The notes beneath the pieces are model-generated. The model had not been told where the DNA came from. It saw only the letters and a program-made list of their open reading frames with translations, and made no database searches. Positions 39,300-50,959 of a stretch of DNA of 64,000 nucleotides are shown here, piece by piece. Source of the stretch: Mobula birostris (taxonomy: Eukaryota). Numbering within the stretch: position 1 is the stretch's first letter; each line of letters begins with the position of its first letter. Where the stretch lies: the NCBI RefSeq assembly GCF_030028105.1, contig NC_092398.1, positions 25,373,649 to 25,437,648 of the forward strand, in the 5' to 3' direction. Both the position numbers and the translations under genes were made by a program.

Positions 39300-40015
39300 A
39301 CAGAGAAACCTCAGTGTAGGAGGGTTGGACACACAGTAAATGATGAGCAGTGTCAAGGGATAGTGGGACTTCACTGTACAAGGGCAAAAGACACTATCCA
39401 TAGATAGTGGGGAGTGTCAAAGGATAGAGGGATCTCCGTGTACAATGGTAGGGCAAACACTGCTTATGATAGGGAGTGTTGAGGGATAGAGGGATCTCAG
39501 TGTACAAGGATAGGATACGTACATGGAATGGTGGGATTGTCAAGGAACAGAGGCACCACAGTATATGGGGGAAGGCACCATGAGTGGTGGGGAGAGTCAG
39601 GGTTCAAATGGAGTTCCGTATACAAGGGTAGGAGAGACTACGTGACTGGTGAGGAGTGTCGAGAGACAGAGCGACTTGGTGTTCAAGGGTAGGACACACA
39701 CCATGAATGGTGTGGTGTATCCAGGGACAGGTTGTGTAGAATGGTAGGACATACAGTGTGAACTGTAGAGGATGTCGAGAGTCATAGCGAACCTGGTTTA
39801 CAAAGCTAGGGCACACACCACAAATGGTGTAAAGTATTAGGGAACAGGGGGACCTCAGTGTAGAAAGGCTGGATACACACAGTGAATGTTGGGGAGTGTC
39901 AAGGGACAATGGGACTTCACTCCACAATGACAGGATACACACACACTGTGAACGGTGGGGAATGTCAAGGACAGACCAATCTTGGTGTATAACGATAGGA
40001 CACACACTTTGTGAC
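39300..40015. repeat. Degenerate minisatellite, about 61-bp period, about 11-12 units
   Basis: Recurrent AGTGTCAAGGGA...GGGACNTCAGTGTACAAGG.TAGGACACAC at about 39348, 39413, 39476, 39537, 39594, 39655, 39714, 39772, 39833, 39895 and 39962. Confidence 0.8.
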
Positions 40016-42294
40016 ATTGACTGCAAGGCTGTTGTTGCGACACCACTCAACCAGCTGATCTTCCTCAATCCTGTATGCATCCTTGTCACCATCTAAAACT
40101 GCAGCCTGATGTAGATATTGCTGGTGTCCAGGTGCTGCAAGACTGAGTGGAGAGCCAGTGAGAATGTCTCCACTGTAGACCTACTGCAGCAGTTTCAGGC
40201 CAACATGTTGGAGCTTGAAGTGGATGAGCTACTGCGGCAGAAGACCATGAACATGCACTCAGTGGCCACTTTATTAGGTACAGGAGGTTCACAGACCCAA
40301 ATCCTCCCCAGGCCCTATCAAAGCAGTCACTGTCACTCAGCAAGGAAATATGCTCATTGTTCACATGTGAGATGATCTGCAAAATGCTCTTTGGTGAAGC
40401 TAACAGAGATTAAAAGTAAAGAATAGAAATTAGTTTTATTTGTCATATGTACATTGAAACACACAGTGAAAAGCAATGTTTGTGTCAACCACCAACACAG
40501 TCTGAGAATTGTGCTGGACGGCCATATGTGTCACCACGCTTCCAGCGCCAACCCACAACTTACTAACCCTAATGTATGTCTTTGGAATATGGGAGAGAAC
40601 CCTTGGGGTCACGGAGAGAACATACAAATACCATAAAGACTGTGGCAGGAATTGAACCCCAATCACAGGCACTGTAAAGAGTTACGCTACCATGCCGTCT
40701 GTGAGAGGAAACAGTTCATGAAAATGCTCACCAAGTTCCTGGTCTGAACTGTTAAAGATCAAGATGGGGTAGCATGGTAGTGCAGTGCTTTATAGTACAG
40801 GCGACTTGGGTTCAATTCTTGCCACAGCCTGTAAGGAGTTTATATGTTTTCCCCATGCCCCATGGGTTTATAGAACATAGAAGAGTACAGCACATTACAG
40901 GCCCTTCAGCCCACAATGTTGTGCCGACCCTCAGACCCTGCCTCCCATATAACCCCCCACCTTAAATTCCTCCATATACCTGTCTAGTAGTCTCTTAAAC
41001 TTCCTCCCATATTCCAAAGATGTACCAGTAGATAGGTTAATTGGTCATTGTAAATTGTCTGGTGATTAGGCTAAGATTAAATTGGGAACTGCTGGGTGGT
41101 GTGGCTCAAAGGGCCAGAGGACCTATTCCATGCTGTATCACAATAAATAAATAAATAAAATTCTGGAGCTTAAATCCTGAAACAGCCCTAAACACCGTTT
41201 CTCAGTGTTTTCATAGCAAACAGTTGGTCTCAATTGTTTTTGCTGCTAGTCCCCATCACTGCCTCAGTCTCAAACACTGACTCAATTAGTCTCCAAGTGT
41301 CTGAACCGGAACCAATTTGTAGACTTGATGTTGTTGTTAACTCCCGACATTTTAAATCACACGTGTGGCATGCTCACAAAAAAACAACTCTGTCCACGAG
41401 CTGATCATCATTCACTCCATCCTGCCTTCCACCTGGCAAAACCTCCACCCATGCTGCTGTTAACCCCAGACTTTACTGTTCCACACCCTCCGGATTGACA
41501 TCCCTCATTCTACCTTCCATAAACACAGCGAATTGTTTCTTGTGGTGTACCTGAACACTGTCCTGTGTCTCAAAGACATACGGGTTAGGATTAGTAAATT
41601 GTGAGTAAGCTGTTGCCTCAGGAAGTGTGACCCCACCACCCCCCAGCACATCATTGGACAGTGTTGGCCATTGATGGAAATGATGCATTTAACTGTATGT
41701 TCGACGTACACATGACAAGCAAAGCTAATCTCTCCTTAAGACGGAGTCGAATCTAGTTAAATAATAATGGAAGACCCAGGTCGTCAGCTGGCACTGTAAT
41801 GGAGATCTCTTATAACCCAAGAAGGATCATAAGGTGTTTCACAAAAGTGACGTTATGATTCCAGTTTGTTTCACACAAGATGGCCCAGCGAACAACACAA
41901 CCAATGACAACATCCTGTTGACAGTTCACAAATATGCTTCTTTTACTCCTTCGTATTTCAAATGAAGTTCCAGTATTAATTGGCGTGCCATTGGAACCTG
42001 TAATTTACATTTTGATGGTGTGTTTTTGGACTAGTTGAGCAAACTGGTGCTTTACTGTCTCCAAGGAAATTCAGTGAGGTTTGGAGCAGAGTGTGTGGCC
42101 TAGAAACATGATCGAGACTGTTGCTTTTCTTCAACTGAGGCATCAAGGGTACGAGCCCATGATTAACTCCATTGCTTTTCTCCAGTTGAAGCATTCAGCA
42201 AGGTTGAAGTCAATGAGGATGAGCATCGAGGACGAGCAGATGTTCACCTTGATTCAACCTGCCGGTGTATGATTGGTATTCCTCTCCCTCTCAC

Positions 42295-42361
42295 CATCTG
42301 TTGTCAGAGGGAAATGCAGGAGTCTTGGGATCAACATTGCAAGGATCAATTGGACACTCAT
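42295..42361 (-). CDS. WA: Candidate WA leader exon MSVQLILAMLIPRLLHFPLTTD
   Basis: aaaATG start, hydrophobic 22-mer, phase-1 donor G|GTGAGA compatible with the alpha1 exon. No independent support. Confidence 0.4.
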
Positions 42362-43284
42362 TTTGGGAGACTTTGCAGTTCATATTGGATATGTTCCTGG
42401 ATTCTGGTTACTCTTTTTTTTTAAAAAGCCATTTTTGAGTGCTTTCTCCAGGGCAATCTATGCGATCTGGGTCGCTTCGGCGAAGAATGCTATACCCTGC
42501 AGAAATGTTTTCTGTATATACACTTTGATAATAAATGTACTTTGAATATCAGAATTACTTGCATTATACCAATGTTTTTTATGAGTATGACTTCTTAGGC
42601 TGAGGATGACATGCTACCTCAGATTGTGAATATTTTTAACATGGAGTGCCTCTTGTACATGATGTTGACAAGAGTGAGGTCTTGGTCAATAGTGAGGAAT
42701 TCCAATGCAACTGGAGAGCAGACCTTGAGTATGGACATTAAACACAAACACCAACTCACACTCAGTGGCCACTTTATTACATATCTCCTGTACCTAATAA
42801 AATAGACACTGAGTATATGTTCATGGTGTTTTGCTGCTGTAGCTCAGCCCCTTCAAGGTTCGACAGTTTGTGCATTCAGAGATGCTCGTCTGCACACCAC
42901 TATTGTAATGCATGGTTATTTGAGTTACTGTTGAGTCAGCTTGAACCAGTTTGGACATTCTCCTCTGATCTCAAAGTCAAAATAAAATTGATTATCAGAG
43001 TACATACATGTCAGCACATGCATACCTGAGATTCATTGTCTGCAAGCATACTTGGAAAATCTATAGGATAGCAACTGCAAACATCAGGAACTGTTAACTG
43101 TAAGCAAACTGTGCAAATGCAGATACAAATAAATAGCAATAAATAATGAGCATGAAATAACAATATAACAGAATCCTTAAGTGAGTGTAGCTATCCCCTC
43201 CTGTTCAAGAGCCTGAAGTTTGAGGGATACTAACTGTTCTTGAACCTGGTGACGCCAGTCCTGAAGCACCTGTACCTTCTACCT

Positions 43285-43502
43285 CAGTGGTTCCCAACCA
43301 CCGGGCCGCAAAGCATGTGCGAGGAAACAGTATGATTTGGTGATATGAAATGATATGAGTCAGCTGCACTTTTCCTCATTCCCTGTCACGCACTGTTGAA
43401 CTTGAACACCCCCAACCCCCCTGCCCAGCCCACCGTCGGCCGGTCCGCAAGAATATTGTCATATCAAACCAGTCCGCAGTGCAAAACAGTTTGGGGACCC
43501 CG
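43285..43502 (-). mobile_element. hAT (Charlie-like) MITE, uninterrupted copy
   Basis: CAGTGGTTCCCAACC / GGGGACCCCG termini; 8-bp flanks TTCTACCT/TTCTACCC. Confidence 0.8.
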
Positions 43503-45008
43503 TTCTACCCGATGGCAGCAGTGAGAAAAGTGCGTGACCTGGACAGTGAGGACTTTTGATGATTGATGCTGCTTTTCTACAGCAACGTTTCATGTAGATG
43601 TGTTGCACAAGGGGGTATTGAGGCCCAGGTCTTGCAGTTTACTGATTAGTTTTCATATTGAGCGTTTACTGATCAGCCTCTCAGATTGAATAAGGCAAAA
43701 GACTTGAACTCGTGAACAAGGCAAGTGAAAATACAAGGCTTAGAAAGCTAAGGAGCCCTGGCCCTTGAATATAATTAAGATGAAGATAGATGTCTGAGAT
43801 CTATACAGAGTCATGAGTCATAGAGAACAGGCAGGAAATCGAGACCAAAATCATATGTTTTGGATGTTGATAGTGGGCTAAGTATTGGCCCTGGGATATC
43901 GAGAAAATTCCCTACTCTTTCTGTAGTGTGTCTAATGACTCAGCTAAAAATAACTCACCCATCTATATACATGCACAAAGCACAAACACAATCCCACTCT
44001 GTGATCAGGTCCAACCTTGTGTACAAGGCAAGATCCCACTCAGCAGTTACACAACATCCCAACCAATCCATACACAGTGGAAACAAGAGGACACTGATTT
44101 CAAGTGAAAAGAAGGAGTTTTAAAGGGGATCCAAGGGGGTACACTTTTTTTTCTTGCATAAAGAATGGTTGATATCTAGAATGAGCTGCCAGCAGAGGCT
44201 GTGGAAATGGGCTCAATCACTACGTTTAAAAGGTATTTGGACAGACATGTAAATGGGCAAGGTGGAGAAGTATATTCAAAGTACATGTATCATCAGGATA
44301 CGGTGCTAATGGTGGGGGGTGGGAAATGGGATTAGCGTAGATGGGCAAAAATGTCAGCAACCACATGGTGGGCAAGAGGGTCCAGGTGTGTGTTGTACAA
44401 GTCTATAACACTAAAACAACCCCCATCCAGTCTGCACGTGGCAAGCGTCCATGCAACATGGGCGAGGCACAATCAAACAAATTCCCATTCATCCATAGCA
44501 CGGCCCCCACACAACAAGTGCATGGCAAGATCCCACTACACAACACCTCCCTCCCCATCACTGCATGCCCACAGCAAGATCCCAGCAACCATGTGCATAG
44601 AACAGTGGATCGCAGTGCCAGCTCTTCGGTCCACATTGTTGTGCCAACCCTTTGATCAATCTAACCCTTCCCTCACACAGAAACCTCCATTATTCTGTTA
44701 CCTCTGTGCCTATAAGAGTCTCTTAAATGTCTTTAATGACAACCTTGGCAGTGCCAGGTTCCACACCTAAATATACTACCTCTGACATTCCCCCTCTAAA
44801 CACCTTAAAGTTATGCCCCTCCATGTTAGCCATTGCCACCCTGGGACAAAGTCTTCCACTGTCCACCCTATCAATGCCTCTTATCTTGTACATCTTTGTT
44901 AAGTCACCTCTCATGCTCCTTTGCCTCAAAGAGCAAATCCCTAGCTTGCTCAACCTCACAAGACGTGCTCTCTAATCCTGGTAAATCTCCTCAGCATACT
45001 CTCTAAAG

Positions 45009-46062
45009 CAGGGGTCCCCAACCCTTTTTTTGCACCGCAGACCGGTTTAATATTGACAATATTCTTGTGGACCGGCCAACCGTGGGGCGGGGGGTGTTCA
45101 AGTAGGGTTAAACTCAGCACAACATCTCTTTTACAGTTAGGGTTGCCAACTTTCTCACTCCCAAATAAGGGACAAAAACAGCAGACAAATCCTGGGACAC
45201 TTTACCCCTGGAAAGACTACCATGACCATGAAGCCTTGCGCGGGCACCTGTGTGCGCATGCGCGTTGAGTGCCAATTTTTTTCCCACAATTTTTTTTCCA
45301 GGAGAAGGCTCAGGAGCTTGAAGACTCCTACGGCCAGATTTGGGAACAGCTTCTTTCCAACTGTTATAAGACTGCTGAACGGATCCTGACCCGGATCTGG
45401 GCCGTACCCTCCAAATATCCGGACCTTCTCCTCGGTTTTTTTTGCACTACCTTACTTTCCATTTTTCTATTTATGATTTCTAATTTAAATTTTTAATATT
45501 TAATATGGGAGCGGGAAGCGCAGAATCAAGTATCGCTGTGATGATTGTACGTTCTAGTATCAATTGTTTGGCGACAATAAAGTATAAAATAAATCGGTTT
45601 TGCCTTCATCTTCCTGACTGTACAGTCCATAGATTATTTCTACTTTATATAGGCTGTGTATTTATCGTATCATTCCTGCTTCTACTATGTGTTAGTGTTA
45701 TTTTCGGTTTTTGTGTTATTTGGTATGATTTGGTAGGTTATTTTTTGGGTCTGGGAACGCTCAAAAATTTTACCCATATAAATTAATGGTAATTGCTTCT
45801 TCGCTTCACGCCATTTTGGCACAAAAGGTTTCATAGGAACACTTTACCTTAGCGGGGGAAATACGGGACAAGGGCGGTCCCGTATGGGACAAAACAATTT
45901 AGCCCAATATACGGGATGTCTCGGCAAATACGGGACAGTTGGCAACCCTATGTTCAAGTTCAACAGTGCGTGACAGGGAATGAGGAAAGATGCAGCTGAC
46001 TCATATCGTTTCCTCACGGCCCGGTAGCACATGCTCTGCGGCCCGGTGGTTAGGGACCGCTG
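45009..46062 (+). mobile_element. hAT MITE carrying nested insertions
   Basis: TIRs CAGGGGTCCCCAACC / GGTTAGGGACCGCTG; perfect 8-bp TSD CTCTAAAG (45001-45008, 46063-46070); splits a CR1 fragment. Confidence 0.88.
45103..45950 (+). mobile_element. Second hAT-type element nested in the first, itself containing a Rex 3' tail
   Basis: TAGGGTT...AACCCTA termini; perfect 8-bp TSD TGTTCAAG (45095-45102, 45951-45958). Confidence 0.85.
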
Positions 46063-46398
46063 CTCTAAAGCTTCCACATCCCAATTTAAATATCCTGATA
46101 TTAAACTTGGCTCTGTAATGAGGTGACCAGAACTGAACACAATACTCCAAGTGTGATCTAACCAGGAAGTTTAACCCTTAAACAACAAGATCCAAAATAG
46201 AACGGGGCCAGGAAGATCCAACCCGTAACACTCCCACACCCGACCAGGTTGATGACTCCAGCAATGCGAACTCTGCAAGATCCCACAATCTGCAGCAAGC
46301 GCGGTGATCCCCATGACAGGAATCAACTGAACCGCCACTGAGCTGTGAGTCCCCGAACGAGCGACGAGGAGCAGGAGGAGCACCCAGGCGGCGAGATA

Positions 46399-46660
46399 TC
46401 AACCCATGGTTGTGACTGTGCCAAAAGCAAAGAGCGGCGATAGGCAAGAGGAGACGATGCCCCCGCCATTCTCCACGCCCACCGTACCGCCCTAGTCCCA
46501 GCCCCAGCTTTGCTCCTCCTTTTATGGCAGCACCAAAGAGAGTGAGGGAGCGGCCCAGCCACTGGCGGAGTCACGCGCCTGAGGGAGGGCGGGGGGTGTC
46601 TCTGGTGGGAAGCCTCGGCAGCCAATCAGCGATGGATGGCCGGATTACGAGGGCGCACGC
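46399..46660 (-). promoter_or_regulatory. CpG-rich promoter-like module (Y box CTGATTGG, GC box, TATA-like) upstream of a leader-like ORF with a nonsense codon
   Basis: CTGATTGG 46629-46622; CGTAA 15 nt upstream; CATAAA 46525-46520; caaccATGG at 46407 followed by GGT TGA. Confidence 0.4.
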
Positions 46661-46927
46661 AGTCTCGGACTGGCTTCTTTGCTTTAGATGCAGTACAGTA
46701 GGAGGGATTAAAGGCATTACTTGTCAAGGAAAATGTCACAGCAGTGCTCAATCAGGACACACTGGAGAACTAGTCTAGCGAGGTGTTATGGGTGGAACTG
46801 AAAAATAAGAAAGGTATGACCACTATAATGGGACTATATTACAGAGACCACCCAACAGTCCAAGGGATGCAGAGGAGCAAATCTGTAGAGAGATCACAGG
46901 CTATTGCAAGAAACATAATGTAGATGG

Positions 46928-47778
46928 TGTGACAAGAATACACATAGATTACGATGTAGCTGTCCTGTGCTGGCACCAGTGGAATCAGCAGTTGGTCTGC
47001 CACCTGTCTTCAGGAGAGAGAGATAAGGAAAACAATGGAGGAACATTTGGAGATGTTAGTGAAGGGGAAGGAGAGCTGTCAAGATCGGCTCCCCCTTTGA
47101 ACCCTGAACTGTTTGAAGTGATGGACAGGCGATATCCCAGCAGGGGGATAAAAAGGGACGGGTTCGCTAAGGCAGGACACACACGACACCCGAGGTAACA
47201 AGACCCTGGAAGCTGTGCGTCTCTCACAAGTTGGTGGGAAGTACCGGGCCATAGACGCACAGGGTGGAAAGGCACGATCGGCGGGAACCTGGTGTGTGTC
47301 CACCCTTGCCTGGGTGCCAGGTTCACCGCAGGGAAATGATCGTATCTGGAAACGGAGGGATCACGGTCAGTGACCTCAGATGACATCACAAAGGACTCGC
47401 CCAAAAGCTGACTGCGAAGGTCTGTGTGGAAGCCTTGAATATTCATTCATTTTGCTCTCTCTCTCCTTCCCCCCACACTGTCCATCTCCCACGACAGCGA
47501 TTACTGCGAACTGAACTGAACTAAATTGAACTGAACTTTGCGTCACTTTGAAACTGGTCATTTACCCCTAGACAACGATAGAGCTTGATTGATCCTGTTA
47601 TCTGAATTCTGTGTACACGTATGTTTATCATTGCTGAACTGTTGCATTCATTATCCTTTTGATTAGAGTACTGTGTTGCTTGTTTCTTTAATAAAACTTT
47701 CTTAGTTCTAGTAATCCAGACTCCAACTGAGTGATCCATTTCTGCTGGTTAGGCAACCCAGTTACGGGGTACGTAACA
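46928..47778 (+). mobile_element. Solo LTR (Gypsy-like) inserted in a CR1 endonuclease fragment
   Basis: TGTGAC...GTAACA termini, 4-bp TSD ATGG, AATAAA near the 3' end; the CR1 EN reading continues across the insertion. Confidence 0.85.
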
Positions 47779-47886
47779 ATGGTTTTAACTTTGCACATAT
47801 TGACTGGGACTCCCATACTGTAAAAGGATGAGATGGGATAGAGTCCGTCAAACTTGTTCAGGAGAGTTTCCATCGACAGAGTGCAC

Positions 47887-48760
47887 ACAGGCCCGGATTA
47901 ACCTAGTAGCAAAAGTAGCATATGCTACGGGCCCCACATTTTTGAGGGCCCCGCCCACACTAAATGCTTGCAAGCTGCAGTCTGGTGAAATTGGCATCCG
48001 AACTCACCGTATGCTTACGACTGTTAAGAGAGATTTTTTGGTAAACGATTCATTTACACTTAAATAAATGACTTCAGCCATCAGCCTTCTGTTCTTTGAC
48101 AAAGTACTGTAGACTGAGTTGAGAACAATGCATTTCCTAATAGCTGTGAACCCAGTTTGATTTGTAACAATGGATCTCTGGCACAAGAATGCTAGGTTTA
48201 CAGGTAGTTGCAAAGACACCATATCTATGCTTTTTTTGAACATGAACTGTCCTCTATGTTAGCACGTAACATACCAAATAATGTATTATGGATTTTAACT
48301 TGCATTCCTAAAGGCCATGAATTGCAGCTTAGGCATACTGGTGCCAGCAGAATGAATTTAATCAAAAGATGTGAAAACTTCAAAGAATTGTCTATACTTT
48401 TAACTATGTCCTTTGTATTTAGCAAATAAATATCGAGCCTCAATCACAAGGCAGTTAGACCTGTTCTGCCAGGGGTCTCTGCCTGCTGTAACCTTGTTTT
48501 GTCGAATAAAGAAACTGCCTTTTACCTACAAGTAACGCAACGCTCTGTGATTTCATCCACGCCACAACAACGACGATTTGGCAAAGCTGTTGTTTTCATG
48601 TAGACAGCAATGTAAAGCAAAAGAAGAAAAAGAGAGAAGAGACCAACTTGTGATAACAAAAACACGTAATTTGACAGAATATTTTGATGTTCATGGAGAT
48701 GGTGATGGTGCTATAACAGCTGAAGCTGGAAATACAAGAACAACTGGTACAACTGCACAG
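47887..48760 (+). mobile_element. hAT (Tip100/ZMYM-type) 5' fragment
   Basis: CAGGCCCGGATTAACC start; charged N-terminal remnant KAKEEKERRDQLVITKTRNLTEYF. Confidence 0.4.
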
Positions 48761-48769
48761 ACTGTGGTC

Positions 48770-49260
48770 TCCCAGAGAGGAAGCCAAGGATGCAGCTGGA
48801 GAGGGAGATACAGAGGCCCAGGCTTTGGAGCTTGTTGATTTGTACCGAGGGTATGATTGTGTTGAATGCTGAGCTGTAGTTAATAAACAGCAGCCCGAGA
48901 TAAGTATTACTATTGTCCAGGTGATCCAAGACCAAGTGGAGAGCCAGTGATATTGCAAACACTGTAGATTTATTAGGTAAATTGCAGCAGGTCCAGATCG
49001 GTGCTAAGGCAGGAATTGATTCTAGCCATCTCAACCTCTCAAAACACCTCAACACATTAGATATAAGTGCCACTGGGCATTAGTTGTTGAGTCAAATCAC
49101 CCTGCTCTTCTTGGGCACTGGTATTACAGTCACTCCTTTGAAGCAGGTGGATACCTGCTCTCTGGTATTTTGACGCACCTTTACAATCTGAGACTGAGTC
49201 AGGAAAAGATACCGGTGCTGTGGAAGACTTCCTGCTTGGTTCCTTTACCCAATAAAGCGA
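48770..49260 (-). mobile_element. Rex-like LINE RT fragment
   Basis: CFERL...AISLALHLVLDHLD...LFINYSSAFNTI motifs. Confidence 0.75.
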
Positions 49261-49782
49261 CTCCATCTGGACTTACCTACTGTACCTAACAAAGTGGCCA
49301 CTGTTGTAACTTCATGATCTTCTGCTGCGAGAGCACATCCACTACACGTTTTGACGTGTTGAGCATTCAGAGACTATCTTCTGCACACCATCTTTGTAAC
49401 ACGAGGTTATTTGAGTTACTATTGCCTTCCTGTCAGCTTCAACCATTCTTTTCTGACCTCTCAGCAGTTTCTGAGATACTCAATTACCCCATCTGGTACG
49501 AACAATCATTCCCAGGTCACAGTCACTTAGATCACTTTTCTTCCCCCACTCTGATATTTGATCTGAACAACAACTGAACCTCTTGACCACGTCTTATGCA
49601 TTGAGTTGCTGCCACATGATTGGCTGATTAGATATATGCATTAACAAGCAGGTGAACAGGTGTACCTAATAAACTGGCCATGGCAGATCCAGTTGTATAA
49701 GAAAACTACCAAATCAGCTAAATTAGTTTTGAGTACTTTGGAATCATTTATTTTGCCTGCACTTAAATCTGAGAAAATAGAT

Positions 49783-49850
49783 CCAATTCTACAACAAAAT
49801 GACGTCAATGTTTCCAGAGCAAAACACATACACTGCCACTCTATTTAGGG
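49783..49850 (-). promoter_or_regulatory. X1-X2 (RFX/CRE) box plus ATTGG, MHC SXY-like module
   Basis: Minus strand reads CTCTGGAAACATTGACGTCA, then 12 nt, then ATTGG. The X2-Y spacing is shorter than canonical. Confidence 0.35.
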
Positions 49851-50959
49851 TCTTGTTTTTAACAACTGTGTTATGTATCTCATTTGCTCAGTGTTTTGGA
49901 ATAATTTATTTTGTTCCATCCTGCAACTGGTCAATCAATGGGACTTCTCTTTCTAAAGTTCCTGCCCTCGCGCCGAGAACCTGGGCCATGCACTGAGCTT
50001 CTTCATGCTGAAGCCTACGCAAGGACCCACTCTCACAGCAGCCTCTCCCAAAATGGCCGAACTGCTTGTCCCAAGCTTCATTGAAGACCTAACTTGTCTT
50101 CTCCCTTCCCGCTCTTTCAGAATATTATAGAGTCATACAGTACAACAACAGGTCCTTCTGCCCAACTGCTCTGTGCTGACCCAGGTTTCCATCTAAGCTA
50201 ATCTCATTTGTAGTGTTTGCTCCATCTCTCTGTTAACCTTTCCCATCCATGTAGCATTTGATGGCTCTAGGCCTGGAGCGCAGAAAGAACGATTGGGGTG
50301 GGGACTCTCATTGAAACCTATTGAATATCAAAAGGCCAGGATAGAGTGGGCGTGGAGAAGGAGTTTCCAACAGCACCACGGTTGACAACCTCAGAATAGG
50401 AGGCTTTAAGTCAGAGATGAGGAGAAGTTTCTTTCGCTGGAACATGGTGAATCTATGGAATGCATTGCCACAGTCGGCTGTGGAGGCATAGTCATTGGGT
50501 ATATTTAAAGCAGAGATTGACAGATTCTTGATCAGAAAGGACATCAAATGTTATGAGAGGAAACAGGAGAATGGGGTTGAGAAAATAACAGAGCTAATAA
50601 TGGATGGTGGAACAGTCTCGATGGACTGAATGGCCTAATTCTGCTCCCGTGTCTTATGCCTATGTAGCTGTCCAGGCGTATTTTAAACATTGTTAATATA
50701 CCTGCCTCAACCATTCCATCCCAAACTCTGGCAGCTGGTTCCAGATATGAACCATCCTTTCTGTGGAAAAGTAGTCCCTCAGGTTCCTATTACATCTCTT
50801 CCTGCTTACTTAAACCTTTGTCCTCTAGCTCTTGATTCTCCAATCCTGGAAAAAAAGGCTATCTGCATTCACCCAATTTATGCCCCTTGGAGATGGCACA
50901 CAGACCTCCCATTGGGAAGAAGGTAGAAAAGACTGAAAGGAGTAACATGACAACTGGAG

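Larger units (their letters stand above)
35552..42361 (-). other. WA: MHC W-category alpha chain gene (class II-type alpha chain with beta2m-like alpha2); join(42361-42295?,39095-38841,37463-37182,35679-35552), about 243 aa
   Basis: Three firm phase-1 exons splice in frame (alpha1, Ig-C1, TM+stop). The leader exon is tentative. Confidence 0.82.

Noticed and set aside
39300-40015. CRISPR-like array
   Set aside because: Eukaryotic context; degenerate contiguous units with no unique spacers and no cas genes.
49270-49285. Perfect donor AG|GTAAGT on - as a WA exon-1 end
   Set aside because: The AG|GT lies in Tc1-derived sequence at a truncation point, and no leader ORF precedes it.
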